Below, in pieces: positions 13,644 to 26,935 of a stretch of DNA of 64,000 nucleotides. Origin of the DNA: Blepharisma stoltei ATCC 30299. Lineage: Eukaryota > Protista > Ciliophora. Every line of letters begins with the position of its first letter. The stretch's first letter is position 1. Both the position numbers and the translations under genes were made by a program. The notes under the pieces are model-generated. The model was not told the DNA's origin and ran no database searches. It saw only the letters and a list, made by a program, of their open reading frames with translations. The stretch spans positions 1 to 64,000 of the forward strand of contig CBFDEM010000017.1 of NCBI GenBank assembly GCA_965603825.1, in the 5' to 3' direction.

Positions 13644-14791
13644 TTATACTGCATTATTGATGTTTGGGGTTAAAGATGAAAATTCATTATTTCTGATCCA
13701 TGGATGATTCAATGCATCTGCGGCTGTAATTCTTTTCTTATAATCGTATTCAAGCATTTTACTAAGCAAATCTTTCAGTTCATCTGAGGTAAAGTCTCAG
13801 TCACTTCCTTCAAAGGCAATTTCTTTTTTATATTCATTCTTTAGGTCCGCCACATTTTTCCCTTTAAATGGAAGTTTTCCTTGGACAAGAATGTATAAAA
13901 TAACTCCTAAACTTCAAATATCACTAGCAAACTGATTATAATTTCCTTTTAAGATTTCAGGAGCCATATAGCACGTCTAAATAAAGCTTACCACCTCATT
14001 AGCTTTCACTTTTTGTTTTATTTCTCAAGGATAAGTAAAGCCTTAATAATGTTTCCTTCTTTGGTGTTTATAAAATTTATATTAATTTTCCTAAAATCTA
14101 TCCCCAAGTGAGGAATATCATTATCGTGGCAATAATTTAAGCCGCTTAAAATGCCTCGCATTATTGTACTCGCTAGAGAGTATCCAATGCTTTCGCTATT
14201 TACTTTATCAGCTAGACTGGGTCCATATAGGAATTCATAAACCAAAAAAAAACTGTCTCCTAATTCATAGACATCATAAACTTTAACAACATTTGGGTGG
14301 TCCTAAATTAATTTTACAAGGCTTTGAAATTTTTGAATTTCCTCAATAAATTTATCATATACTCCTTCAAATATGGCTGACTTTTTAATTTCTTTGATGA
14401 TCTTTTTCACACCAGTTCTTTTATCATTAACTAAGGAAATACTATCGTTAGAATCGAGAAACCGTTTTTTGATAGTTGAGAAATGCTCTCTTAAAGGAGT
14501 TTTTAAGAATTTTTTAAAATACTCTTTACTTGAGTCCCTAAAAGTATTTTGTGGGCTTGGATTTGCTGATTGAGCTTTTTGCATTTTAAGGCCCTTAGGC
14601 TTTCTATCAGTTGATGATAAACCTTTTGAGCGTCTGCGTGGTGGCAGTTTTGTCATAGTTAGGCTTCTCTTATTTATAGGAGCTGATTTTAATTCTATTT
14701 TATCTTCGATTTCTGGCCTTAAGAATTCCATCGTTGGAGATTTTAGCTCTTTTTCATTTGTTTCTCTCTCCTTTGAAGAGCAACAACCCAT
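13644..14791 (-). pseudogene. CDPK-like pseudokinase copy B, EF-less, frameshifted; introns 14303-14317 and 13977-13991
   Basis: Paralog of A/C. A 7-nt deletion at ~14043 (ATTAAGGC vs ATTAAACTCTTAGGC) gives ...KALLILEK-TAA; the downstream exon is intact in the old frame. Confidence 0.78.
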
Positions 14792-15373
14792 TTATTATTT
14801 TAAACGATATCAGAGAAAATCTGAATATTTTGTCTAATTTCCAGCAGATAAATATTATAACTTAATTATAACAAATTTTATAAATCACTATCAGTTATGC
14901 AATTATTTGATCAAATTTTCAACTTCGTAACTTTTCTAATATGGTTTGAATAATCAAGAATTTCTAAAAAGTTTTTCCCTAAAGCTCTATAGTTTTACAA
15001 ATGGGTTTCTTTAATAAAATGTTTAAATGGTAATTCGCATTTTTAACAAGAAAAACTCTTCAAAAGAGATTTTCCCAGACATGCCAGCATATAAAAGGTA
15101 ATAAAATCTAAGACAAATGCCTACTTTCGCTTAATCACAATCTTAAATATTTTTTCTAATTTTTTTAAGTAATTTCGTGAATATTTCAATCAATAAATTC
15201 TTAATATCCTATCTCCCTTTATAAAAGAAATTAGTGATGTTTAAAACCTATCAATTGTAATTTGGGTTTTTTCGCATCAAAAATTTGCTTTCACTTAATA
15301 TCCAAATTTCTTGACCAGAAGGGGAATTAAAATTTTAAAGAGAAGTTAAATAACGCAACATTAAGTCGCTTTA

Positions 15374-16507
15374 TTATTGTTTTAGGGTTAAAAGCGAAGA
15401 AACATTATTTTTGATCCATGGATGATTCAATGCTTCTGCAGCTGTAATTCTTTTCTTATAATCGTATTCAAGCATTTTACTAAGCAAATCTTTGAGTTCA
15501 TCTGAGGTAAAGACCCAGTCACTCCCTTCAAAGTCAATTTCTTTTTTATATTCGTTTTTTAAATCCTCTGGATTTTTCCCTTTAAATGGATGCTTTCCTT
15601 GAACAATAGTGTATAAAATAACTCCTAAACTTCAGATATCACTAGCAAACTGATTATAGTTTCCATTTAGGATTTCAGGAGCCATATAGCGCGTCTAAAT
15701 AAAGCTTACCACCTCATTAGCTTTCACTTTTTGTTTTATTTCTCAAGGATAAGAAAAGCCTAAGAGCTTAATAATGTTTCCTTCTTTGGTATTTATATTA
15801 ATTTTCCCAAAATTGATTCCTAAGTGAGGAATTCCATTTTCGTGGCAATGATTTAAACCACTTAAAATTTCTCGCATTATTGTACTCGCTAGGGAGTATC
15901 CAATGCTTTCATGATGTATTTTATCAGCAAGGCTAAGTCCAGACAAATATTCATAAACCAAAAAAAAGCTGTCTCCTAGTTCATAGACATCATAAAGTTT
16001 AACGATATTTGGGTGGTCCTAAATTAATTTTACAAGGCTTTGAAATTTTTGAATCTCTTTAATAAAATCATCATACACTTCCTGAAAAATGGCTGATTTT
16101 TTGACTTCTTTAATAATTTTTTTTATCCCAGTTCTTTTATCGATTACTAAGGAAATGCTATCAGTATAATCAAGTAACCGTTTTTTAATAGTTGAAAAAT
16201 GCTCTCTTAAAGGAGTCTTTGAAAATTTCTTAAAAAAACGTGTACTTGGGCTTCTAGAAGTATTTTGTGGGCTTGGGTTTGCTGATTGGGCTTTTTGCAA
16301 TTTAAGATTCTTTGGCTTTCTTTCAATAGACGAAAAATTTCTCGAACGCCTTCGCAGTGGCAGCTTCGGCATAGTCAGACTTCTCTTATTTACAGGATTT
16401 GATTTAATTTCTGTTTCATCGTCAATTTCTGTCCTCAAAAATTCTATAGTTGTAGATTTTTGCTCTTTTTCATTAGAATCTATCTCCTTTGAAGAACAAC
16501 AACCCAT
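15374..16507 (-). CDS. CDPK-like pseudokinase copy C, EF-hand-less, 367 aa; introns 16019-16033 and 15695-15709
   Basis: MGCC; HLGINFGK, GFS, YMAPE, SDI-TGA(W)-SLG. Stops at the same codon position as copy A (TLKQ-TAA). Confidence 0.82.
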
Positions 16508-17149
16508 TTATAATTTTTTTAAAGAACTTTTAAAATCGAAAAATATCAAATGAAATGCTTTAAAGAAAAATATGATTCGAAAAAATTATGTGATTTATTT
16601 TTTATATTCGTGATTGCTTTAGAAATAATTGTATCATCCAGATTTAACTACCTTTTGGAAAGATTTTAATAAATGGAGACTTATCGGTAGGATAATTTTT
16701 TAAAACATGCTTTAGGAGAATAAATAAATAATCATAAAAAAAATTTAAGAAACTAATGATCAAACAGATTTTCAAAAATACATAGTAATATAAAAATTTA
16801 ACCGACAGTTTAAAAATGATATAAATATTTATAAATTTTAATTATATAAAGGATAGAAATTTCCTAAGAAAAATTGAGAATATGCAATGCTGAATATTTC
16901 GTTTAAGGATTAAAGAAATTTGTGCAAATCAGATATTTTATACCTAATTAAAAGAAAGCTTATAAACTATATCAATTATATATTATATAATCATATTTCG
17001 TAAAATTTGTAATGTTACTTGCCCTGCCAGTATTAAATGCTTTATTTGTATTAATAAAATTAATTTTTATCAAAACCAATTTTTTCTAAATTATTTTTAA
17101 TTTCTTTTATTAAATTTTTAAATGAGTTTTTTTATAGGCTTTATTTACA

Positions 17150-17516
17150 GTGAGAAAAATTATTTTTGCTCTTCAAAAGAATTGTACGATAGTTCAGCAT
17201 CTACAACTTCTTTTATGACTTTTCAGTCCAATTTTATTTTCTAGAAATTTCAATCCTCCATAAATTTTCGAATTTCTCTTATTGAGTTTCTCTAAAAAAC
17301 TTGGGAAGAAGAGGCTTTAAATTCTTCAAAAAAGCTTTTGTGGGAGCTTTTATTTGAGGCACTTGTTGATGCCAATTTTTGTGTTTTATGACAGAAAGAA
17401 ATTAGTGGGGTAAAACTCAATTTCTGAAATCACTCTATTTTAACTTCATATTGGCATAATTAAATATGTTTCTGAGTACAGGGTATGGCTTCCCAGCCAT
17501 GTAGCCTCAGCACATA
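17150..17516 (-). pseudogene. Collapsed relic of a pseudo-CDPK copy (N-terminal region fused to the last EF-hand)
   Basis: Decayed matches to ISEIE, STSAS..., SIRE and KIGLK-VIKEV, followed directly by VDAE..TI-SFEE (EF4 of full copies); multiple stops and indels. Confidence 0.6.
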
Positions 17517-17816
17517 TACATTCTTAATTATAATTTTCAATTATAGCTATGAATTTCAGGCAAGTTATTATAAATTATTATTTACACTGTCTCTAAAGTT
17601 GAGTACTAGTTTATCCAAATCATTCTTAGCTTATACTAAAAATATAACCTTAGTAGACTTGCCAAATTAGTATAAAAATTATATTTATACGAATGTTTAT
17701 TTTTGTATATAACGTCTCAATTTTTTATTGCTATTTAGGCATAATCCAAATTCTAATTATTTTCTAGTATACAAAAATATTGACAAAAATCTAATTTTTA
17801 ACAGTTACATAAAAAT

Positions 17817-18365
17817 ATGGGATCAGCATGCTCAGGCAAACTAAAATTAAAAGAAAGGCGATTTCTTATACTTGGCCTAGACGGAGCCGGCAAAAAGACT
17901 CTTCTAGGAAAATTAGGATGTGGAGAACCGCAGCATCACGCACTGTTTGAGGGTTTTGACTGATGGAATGTTCAAAATGGACGTTGCAATTTTGTCTCTT
18001 GAAATCTAGGAACTGATGCAACAAAACCAGAAAACAAGCCAAAATATAAAGACATGTTTAGAAATACAGTCGGCATCATTTTTGTAATTGATTCATCTAA
18101 TAGAGATCGATTTGAAGAAGTAAAAACTGAATTTTGGAAAATTATTAATGATAAGTGTTTGAGGGATTTCGCTTTATTGGTGTTTGCAAATAAACAAGAT
18201 GTTCAGGGTGCAGCATCTGAAGATGATATCAAAAGCTTTATATATCTTTGAAATGTTAGAAGAAATAAATGGAATATTCAAGCATCATCATTTAAGAACG
18301 GAGATGGGCTTGAAGCTGGCCTTACGTGGCTAGATAATGAAACAGGTAAGAATGTAAGGAAATAG
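17817..18365 (+). CDS. Divergent ARF/ARL-like GTPase (probable pseudo-GTPase), 182 aa
   Basis: MG start; LILGLDGAGKKT, GIIFVIDSSNRDRF, LLVFANKQD, WNIQASS, GDGLEAGLTWL. Three in-frame TGA read as Trp; ends in TAG. Confidence 0.85.
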
Positions 18366-18480
18366 TTATACTCATAATTCTTATTCTTATTAAAATTCTT
18401 AGGCTATTTGTGGTATTTCAAAATAAAAATGCCCTAATACTGAGTAAAAAATGTTTTATTTTTATATTTACACTTAAAAA

Positions 18481-19078
18481 ATGCAAAGTAAATCCTATGG
18501 TGCATCAATCTCTGAATTTTGGCTGAATTTTTTTGGTCGCAAACTAATCAATATATTGACAGTAGGAAGTGATTATGCTTGAAAAGCCACAATCCGTTAC
18601 AGACTAGACCTTGAAGCTCTCTTACAGTAAAAATTCTAATAATCGATTCAATATTAAGCCATATTACCTTTATTGTTTTGATCTTTTTCCTGAAAAATTT
18701 AGATCAGGAGAAAGACATTATTATGAAAATGTTCAAGGGATAATAATTGTTGCAAATTACAGCGATGACACAAAAGACTGTTATGCAAGGTAAGGACTTG
18801 TGTTATGAAAATCAACTTATAGGTGCTCCTATATTAATATTAGCTAATAAGCAAGATTTACCTGATGCTATGAGTGTTGATCAAATCAGAGAAAGATTAG
18901 GGCTTAATTTGATAAGAAGAATAAATTAGATTATTCAACGTACTAGTTAACTGATAAACTGGGGCTGAATGATATAAGAGGAAAGAAATGGCATATTCAG
19001 GGAGCATGTGCTATTAGTGGAGATGGGCTATATGAAGGACTGGATTGGCTTTCCAGAGCACTGAATGGGGAAGCATAA
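18481..19078 (+). pseudogene. ARF pseudogene fused to the C-terminal fragment of a second, canonical ARF
   Basis: GASISEFW..FFGRK..ILTVG, HYYENVQGII and ILILANKQDLPDAMS in shifting frames with stops; then [38 protein letters not shown]. Confidence 0.8.
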
Positions 19079-19704
19079 ATAAAATTAAATAAAATGCTTT
19101 AAAGTATCTAATTAAAAATAAGCTCCTTATGCTAAAGCAGCCTGGCTTTTAAAGATAATAATTGTAAAATTAAAAATCGGTACCGAATTTCATATGCATG
19201 ATAATTTACCATTATATTAATACGTATTTTCAAAGCAAAGAAGATAAAACTTACTTTTCATAAATTTTATAAAACAAAATGAAGGCGCTTACAAAACTCT
19301 TAGAAAAGAGCAAATTTATTGACAACGCAGTCGGAAACGGAAATAAAATTCTTTCAAAATATTAAAGACTATGAGAAATACAATTTTGACTCAAAGAAAA
19401 CTAATTTTATAAATGACAAGCATTGATCAAGCAAGAACTTCTCAGAAATACAAGAAGACGAAACCGATATTAGCTTTAGTTGGAACTCTGAAATTATCCC
19501 TGCATTAGAGCAATTATCAGTTAAAATTTTAACAGAAATAAAACATAACAATATTCTTCTTGACTTTCAAAATGATGTTTAGAAACAATGAAAATAACAA
19601 AGAATTGCTTAAACCTCATTCAAAGAAGCTAAAAACTTGTAAAAATAATTCAGATAAAAAAATGTAATTTGAATAAAAATATCAAATTACCTAAATTAGT
19701 TTAA

Positions 19705-21367
19705 CTATACAGGCTTTTTAGTTATTTTTTCACCAAATAAAAATATCTTGAGCTCTTCGAAAGAAATTGTTCCTGACTGATCAGCATCAACCACTCCAAA
19801 GAACTGAGCCCATTCTTTAGTTCTTATTCCTTTTATGCTTGCCTTTAGCTCTTTAAGACTCAGCTGTCCATCTCCACTTTTATCACAAAGCCTAAACGCT
19901 TTTTCGAATTTTTTTATATTTTCATCAGTGTTCCAGTCTGTGCAAGCTGTCACAAATTCTGAAAATTCAATATAACCTTTTTTCATAAGGTCGGCGTTTG
20001 AAATAATCTTCCTAAGCTTTTTTTGGACTTTGATATCTAGATTTTTAGTTTCGTTCAATAGCTCTTCTTCAGTAAGCTGCCCATCTTTATTGGTGTCCAA
20101 ACTTTTAAAAATTTCAATAAACTGGCGACTGTCATTTTGGTCTGCAAGGTTGACTTTGAAAAACGAAAAAAGCGCTCTTGCGATTTTATCTTTAGAGCTA
20201 AACTCTACAAGGCGATTGATTGCTCCATTGTTAGCAGGAGTTGATAACAGAGATTGATTATTTTTGACCCATAGATGCTCCAGCGCATTTTGTACATCAA
20301 TTCTTTTATTGTAATCAATCTCAAACATTTTGCTAAGAATATCTTTAAATTCATTAGTTGTGAAAATCCAATTATTTTCTTCAAAATTAATCCCTTTTTG
20401 ATACTGAAGTTTAAGATCTGCTAAAGTTTTTCCTCTAAAAGGAGGCTTTCTTTGAATAATTGAATACAACAAGACTCCAACACTTCAGACATCGCTTGCG
20501 AGTTCATTGCAGTTGCCATCTAGTACTTCAGGAGCAATATAGCAGGTCTAAATAAACTTTACCACTTCATTTAGCTTAATTGAGTCTTCTATTTCCCAAG
20601 GAAAAGAAAAACTTACAAGTTTGCAATTAGTTTTCCCATCTTTTGAGTCCACAATAACATGTGAAAGATTTATCCCATGATGGACAATCCTATTTCTATG
20701 GCAATAATTTAAGCCGCTTAAAATATCTCGAATTATTGTGCATGCCAAAGAAGAGCTAATAATTTCATCATCAAGCTTCTCAAGTAAATTCATTCCAGAG
20801 GCGTGCTCATAAACTAAATATCAGCTTTTTCCTGACTCGTAGACTTCACAAAGTTTGACTATATTTGGGTGATCCTAAATTTAATTTTACAAGGGAAAGG
20901 AATTTTTGTACCTCAAGAATAAACATTTCTTGGATTTCTAATGGCACACACAATTTTCTAACCTCTTTAATTACTCGTTTTAAGCCTGTTATTTTGTCTA
21001 CTACGAGAGAAGTCTCTCCTGAGAACCCAAAATGCAATTTTCTGACCGTTGTGTATTTTTCTCTTATTGGAGTTTTTAGAAACTCAAATGAAAATCCTTT
21101 ATTTTTGAATGAAGGACTTCTTGGAGAGTTAGAATATGATGCGTTTGTTGATAAAGATATCAGCTTTGAATTTCTTGGGGAGGATGATCCAGCTGAAGAA
21201 AAGCTCCCACGGCGGCTTTTGGACAACTTTAGAGAGTTTTTGTGCCGTTTTTTAGAAGTTTCTGGAGCAACAACTTTATATTCGATTTCAGATTTCAAAG
21301 ATTTTGTCGTAGATTCTTGCAGACCCTTTTCACTGGTAGGATCCGGCCTATTTGAACAGCAACCCAT
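19705..21367 (-). CDS. CDPK-like pseudokinase copy D with 4 EF-hands, 543 aa; introns 20875-20890 (16 nt) and 20548-20562
   Basis: MGCC; RVIK, HHGINLSH, SFS, YIAPE, SDV-TGA-SVG; junction helix; EF loops DTNKDGQLTEEE, DLMKKGYIEFSE, DKSGDGQLSLKE, DADQSGTISFEE. Confidence 0.88.
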
Positions 21368-22072
21368 TTCTTTATTTTTATATTGAAACAGTGTAAAACT
21401 TCTTAAAATAAACTCTGAAAACATTATTAAAGTTTTTAATGTAAATTCTGAAGAAAATAGTTCAATATGCAATATTAAAATGCATAATTTAATAATAGTA
21501 AAGTTTAAAAAAAAGAAATTTTGGGTTAAATAAGGAATAGGATTTCTATTAAGCAAAAAAGAAATTATTAATGCAACTATTTTAAAATAATTTTGATGAT
21601 AAGAATTATTTAATCGGCATTAAATTATAAAAATATAAAAATTCTGTTTTTATTGAAAATAGTTCATATAACAAGCTGAGGTATCAAAAAATTTTTATTG
21701 AATTTTTTGAGTTATTGCGAATATTATGATAATTATAAAATTTGACTTAAATCTTTGAGGATACTACCCATAATTATAAATTATTGATATTATCCTATTC
21801 TATCTCGCAACAATAGAGAAACGAATAAAGAGCTTGAAAGCAGATATCAGCTTGGTATGAGAAATATATTAAGGCATGAGTTAATTTCAATTTCAACAGT
21901 TGTCTAGTTTCTTTTATTATTTTGAAAATGTCTCCATATATTTGGGATAAGAATAAAGTCTCAAATAGATTATTAATAAAATATAAATTATACAAATTGC
22001 GCTGTTCATTTAATATATCTAATATTCACAAAATCAAAAGAAAATATGAGAGCGGCTATTTTACGTTGACAA

Positions 22073-22250
22073 GATATTGAAGTCAAAAAATTTTAAAAAA
22101 TACTAGCATTGTAATTATATCAAGTCTTCTGAATTTTCCACTGCTTGTGCAGACTGAAATAATGATGAAAATATGATAAAATTTAAGAAGGTGTTTAAGC
22201 TTTGTGATAAAAATGGAGACTGTTAAGTGTTGAGGAACTCGAAGTGAAAA
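22073..22250 (+). pseudogene. Inverted fragment of the pseudo-CDPK EF-hand region
   Basis: The + strand reads YIKSSEFSTACAD(W)NNDENMIKFKKVFKLCDKNGD, matching EF2-EF3 of the minus-strand copies. Confidence 0.78.
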
Positions 22251-22673
22251 CAAATAATTTTAGTCATGATTTATAATAAAACTTATTAAAAGCGTAGTAA
22301 AACAGAAATAAAGCAAGATAAAGTTTTCATTAATTCATTTTTACAAAAATGTTTGATGTGTATTATTTGCGATTTATAGTGTCTAAATCTCTCCTAGTAA
22401 TTTTAATATTATTAATAATTCAAGAATTAAAAAAATTAAAAATTAGATTAGCTTACTTAATTATGATGAAATTAGAAATGAAAATTAAAGATTTTTAATT
22501 ATGCACTAAATCGCTTTCCTAATTAAAATTAGCCTGAGAACTAAGATTCATAAAATTAATTAACAAATATTAACTAATGAAACTATAAATTTGTATAGAA
22601 AAACTTGTTATTTGTTAATTAATAGACAACTTATTAATTATTTTTCAAGACATTTTCTCTGAAATAAATTTAT

Positions 22674-24386
22674 CTATACACGATTTATATTAATAACATT
22701 TCCACCAAACAAAAATGCTTTGAGCTCTTCAAGAGAAATCGTTCCTGACTGATCGGAATCGACATTTCCAAAGAACTGAACCCACTCTTTAGTTCTTATT
22801 CCTTCGATTTTTTCTTTTAGTTCTTTAAGACTTAATTGTCCATCCCCATTTTTATCACAAATTTTAAATGCTTTTTCGAATTTTTTAATATTTTCCTGAG
22901 TATTCCAATCTGTGCAAGCTGTAGCAAATTCTGAAAATCCTATATATCCTTTCTTCATAAGATCAGCGTTCTTTAAGATCATTTTAAGCTTGTTTTGGAC
23001 TTCAATGTCTAAATTCTTAGTTTCATTTAAGAGCTCTTCCTTAGTGATTTGTCCATCTTTATTAGTATCCAAACTTTTGAAAAGCTCAATAAACTGACGA
23101 CTTTCATTTTGGTCTGCCAGGGTGACTTTGAAATATTTTAAAAGCTCCTGAGTAATGACGTCTTTTGAAGTAAACTCTACAAGGCGGTTGATTGCTCTAT
23201 TATTAGTAGGCGATGAAGGCAAAGAATGATAATTTTTGACCCATGGGTGGTTCAATGCTTCCTCAACCGTTATTCTTTTATTGCAGTCAAACTCAAGCAT
23301 TTTACTAAGCAAATCTTTTAACTCAGCCGATTCAAAAACCCAATTCGTTTCGTCAAAATTAAGTACTCTTTCATAGTCCTTTAATAGATCCTTCACAGTT
23401 TTACCCCGAAAAGGAGGCTTTTCTTGGATCATTAAATACAAAATAACTCCAGCGCTCCAAATATCACTAGCCGGATTATCAAAGACCTTATTGAGTATTT
23501 CAGGAGCCATAAAACATGTCTAAGTAAAACTTACCACTTCGTCTATTTCTACTAAACCTTCTAATTCTCAAGGATAGGAAAAGCGAGTTATTTTACAATT
23601 AATTTTCCCATCTCTTGAATCCAAAATAATTTTCTCAAGATTTAACCCCAAGTGTATAACTCGGTTTCTGTGGCAATAGTTTAAACCACTTAAAATATCT
23701 CGTGTTATTGAGCTTGCCAACGAATTATCAACACTTTCTTTATGAGTCAATTCAAGTAAATTACTTCCGGAAAAGAACTCATAAATTAAAGACCATTTTT
23801 CTTCTGATTCATAGACTTCATGAAGTTTCACTATATTTGGGTGATCCTAATTTATTCTTACAAGGCAATGGAACTTTTGAATTTCCATTATTAATTTTTC
23901 TTTATCTTTTTTCTGAATTGCGGACTTTTTTACCTCTTTTATGACCTTTTTAAGGCTAGTTCTGTTATCATTTGCGATTAAAGTATCTCCATGAAATGCT
24001 GAGTGCAAAATTTTTATCGGTGTATATCTTTCTTCAACAGGAATTTTTAAAAATTTTTTGGAAAAATCTATATCAAATCGAGGGCTTCGAGGGCTGCGAG
24101 CGCTTTGAGGACTTCGAGAGCTTCGTGGGCTGGGATCAGTCACTTTTATTGTGTCTACCATTAAGGATGATGACCTGTAGTTGTCCTTTGGAGACGTTGA
24201 AGTTGAAGATCAGTCTTCAGAACGTTGAACCAACAGTCGTGGAGAGTGCTTTTTTTTATGCCTTTCTCGAGGTGTTTGAGTAGCAAATGCTTTCTTGTCG
24301 AGTTCCGACTTCAAAGATTCAGCTGTCTTGTCTGCTTGACTCTTTTCACTTGTTGAGTCCAATCGTTTCGAGCAGCAACAGCCCAT
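22674..24386 (-). CDS. CDPK-like pseudokinase copy E with 4 EF-hands, 560 aa; introns 23847-23861 and 23520-23534
   Basis: MGCCC; SPR repeats; HLGLNLEK, RFS, FMAPE, SDIWSAG; four EF loops; ends in TAG. Confidence 0.88.
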
Positions 24387-25744
24387 TTCTTTATTATAAA
24401 TGGAGAAATTGTTGAAATTATGTGGAAAAAAATCAGTAAAACTTCGATAAATTAAAGTTATAGGGCTCTTAAGAAGAACAAGCCAAAAAATAAAAAATTC
24501 ATCTGAATCCTTACTAGAAAATAAGAAAATATTTTTCATAAAAATATTTCTTATATAGTTGAAATTAGTTTGGATTGTATTTTTAAATAAAGTATACATG
24601 AAAATCATTTTGAAAATTTTACTATAAGACTGGGCTAACCAAAATGGAGAAATTGTATCTATTATCGGAATTTTTATTATTCCCCATTGAAAATTAATAT
24701 TTCATTTTATTTGATAATAATTATGAATTGATATTTCAAGTTGTTTTTAAGATAGCTCTGATCTTTTATAGATACTTGAAAATAAATTTTCAATAATTCA
24801 AAAATGATGCTTTACCAACTATCTCATTAATTCTCAACTCATCTTTTAATTCGTATAAAATATGAGTGATATTGCTAGGGAAATAGCGTGAAAAGCTAGG
24901 ATTTAAATCTTTTCACCTTCTAGAGAGGTTTTAAGTGATCAATTAATAGAATTTGCGATGCAAAATGCATACGGGGAAGGGATTAAGATAAAAATTTAGC
25001 TATATTATCAATTATGTTTATCAATGCACTTGGATAATTATTATTTAAAAATTGATTCTAAACATTTCTTGGATATGCATTTTTATTCAAAATATATCCA
25101 TTTGGATTAGTTTAAGAGTGCTGTTTATGATTGCATTATAAGATTATCGGCAGCAAATTCAATCTACAACTGCAATGCTGTATTCTTAGTTAAAGCAAGG
25201 AATTATGGGAAATATTCATTATAATTATCCTTATGAAAGTTGTTGAGTAGAAGATGCTGCATAAGGATGCTTTTTATAATCGTGGCATAAATCATTTAGC
25301 CATAGTTTTCTTGATATCTCAGAGAAGTAAATAATAACTAAAATAACAGTTTTCCTATAAAAAGTAAAAAACATTTTTGCCAAAGCTATTTTTAGTTTTT
25401 AAAGAAAATAGTTTATGAAAATTAAAAATTATTTTTATTATGCAATTTCACAAGAATCTACGCATTATTAATATATCTAAACTTTTAGTCATTTAATTGC
25501 AATTTCACCACGTTCATGCGATTAAACTTAGCCATATTAAATTTTCAGTAAAATCACAAATCAAGATGGGGCATTAATTATCAATCTTCAAGTTAAATAG
25601 GTCCAGTATTTATTTGCAATTAAATAAATCTTTAATTAAATATTGTGAAATGAGATCTGGCTATAGCAATTTATTAAATATAGCCTATTAGAAATGATAT
25701 TAAAACCTTATGGGAATTATTAAGAGTGTGCTAATATGTCTATT

Positions 25745-26935
25745 CTATAGCCTTCGCAATTTATCTTTCGAAGTAAAGTCTACAGGACTGTTTATGGTTC
25801 CATTATTAGTTGAGGTAGAAATCAAAGATTGATTGTTTTTGACTCATGGATGATTCAATGCATCCTCAGCAGAAATTCTTTTGTTGCAGTCAAACTCAAG
25901 CATTTTACTAAGTAAATCTTTTAGCTCACTTGACTCTAAAATCCAATTATTATCTTCAAAATTAATCCGCCTTTTATAATCCTTGAGAAGAGTCTTCGCA
26001 TTATTTCCTTGATATGGAGGCTTTCCTTGGATTATTGTATATAAAATAACTCCAGCACTTCAAATATCACTAGAAAATTTGTTATAAACCCCGCTTAATA
26101 TTTCAGGAGCCATAAAGCATGTCTATATGAAATTTACCGCTTCGTTTATTTTAATTAGCTTTTCCAGCTCCCAAGGAAAAGTAAACCCAGTAATTTTACA
26201 ATTAGGCTTCCCATCAGTTGAAACTAAAATAATTTTTTCTAGATTCAACCCAAGATGTAAAATCCGGTTTCTGTGGCAGTAATTTAGACCACTTAAAATA
26301 TCCCGTATTATGGTTTGCGCCAATTTACTCCCAATGCTTTCATTATCAATCTTTTCTAGTAAATTGTTTCCAAGTAGAAGCTCATAAACTAAAGACCATT
26401 TTTCTCCTGATTCATAGACCTCATAAAGCTTTAATATATTTGGGTGGTCCTAATTTATTCTTACAAGGCATAAAAACTTTTGAAATTTCATATTTAATTT
26501 TTCATGCGCTTTTTGCTGAATTTCTGATTTTTTTACTTCTTTTATAACCCTTTTAAGGCTGACTCTTTTATCGTTTACTAGTAAAATATCTCCATAGAGT
26601 CCTAAATGCAATTTTTTTATTGTTGTGAAGTTTTCTCCAACTGGAGTTTTTAAAATTTTTCCTAAACAATCTTTATTAAGCTCATTGCTTGGTGGGAAGG
26701 TATAAGAACCTTTAATTGAAGCTGTTTTTGAAGATGATCTGGATGAAGTCTTTGGAGATGAAGAGGATGAAGATAATTTTTTAGTTCTTTGAATTGGTAG
26801 CTGGGACAAATGTTTTTTTACTTTTTTTTCTTGAGAATCATCTGGAGACGTTATTTCCATTCTCAATGACTTAGTTGACTTGTCTGCTTGATCCTTTTCA
26901 TTAGGGTCTGACCTTTTAGAGAAGCAGCAGCCCAT
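25745..26935 (-). CDS. CDPK-like pseudokinase copy F, truncated in the junction domain (no EF-hands), 386 aa; introns 26450-26464 and 26123-26137
   Basis: MGCC; HLGLNLEK, GFT, FMAPE. Ends ...VDFTSKDKLRRL-TAG after a 1-nt deletion; no EF sequence downstream. Confidence 0.78.

Noticed and set aside
15381-15390. TTTAGGGTTA internal telomere-like word
   Set aside because: Single short match inside coding sequence, not the full CCCTAACA unit.
21368-21556. N-terminal extensions of kinase copies in the track (also 24387-24608, 33204-33281, 35977-36006) and of ATG2 (44458-44535)
   Set aside because: The conserved MGCC start across paralogs and the AT-rich upstream composition indicate these are UTR or promoter sequence.
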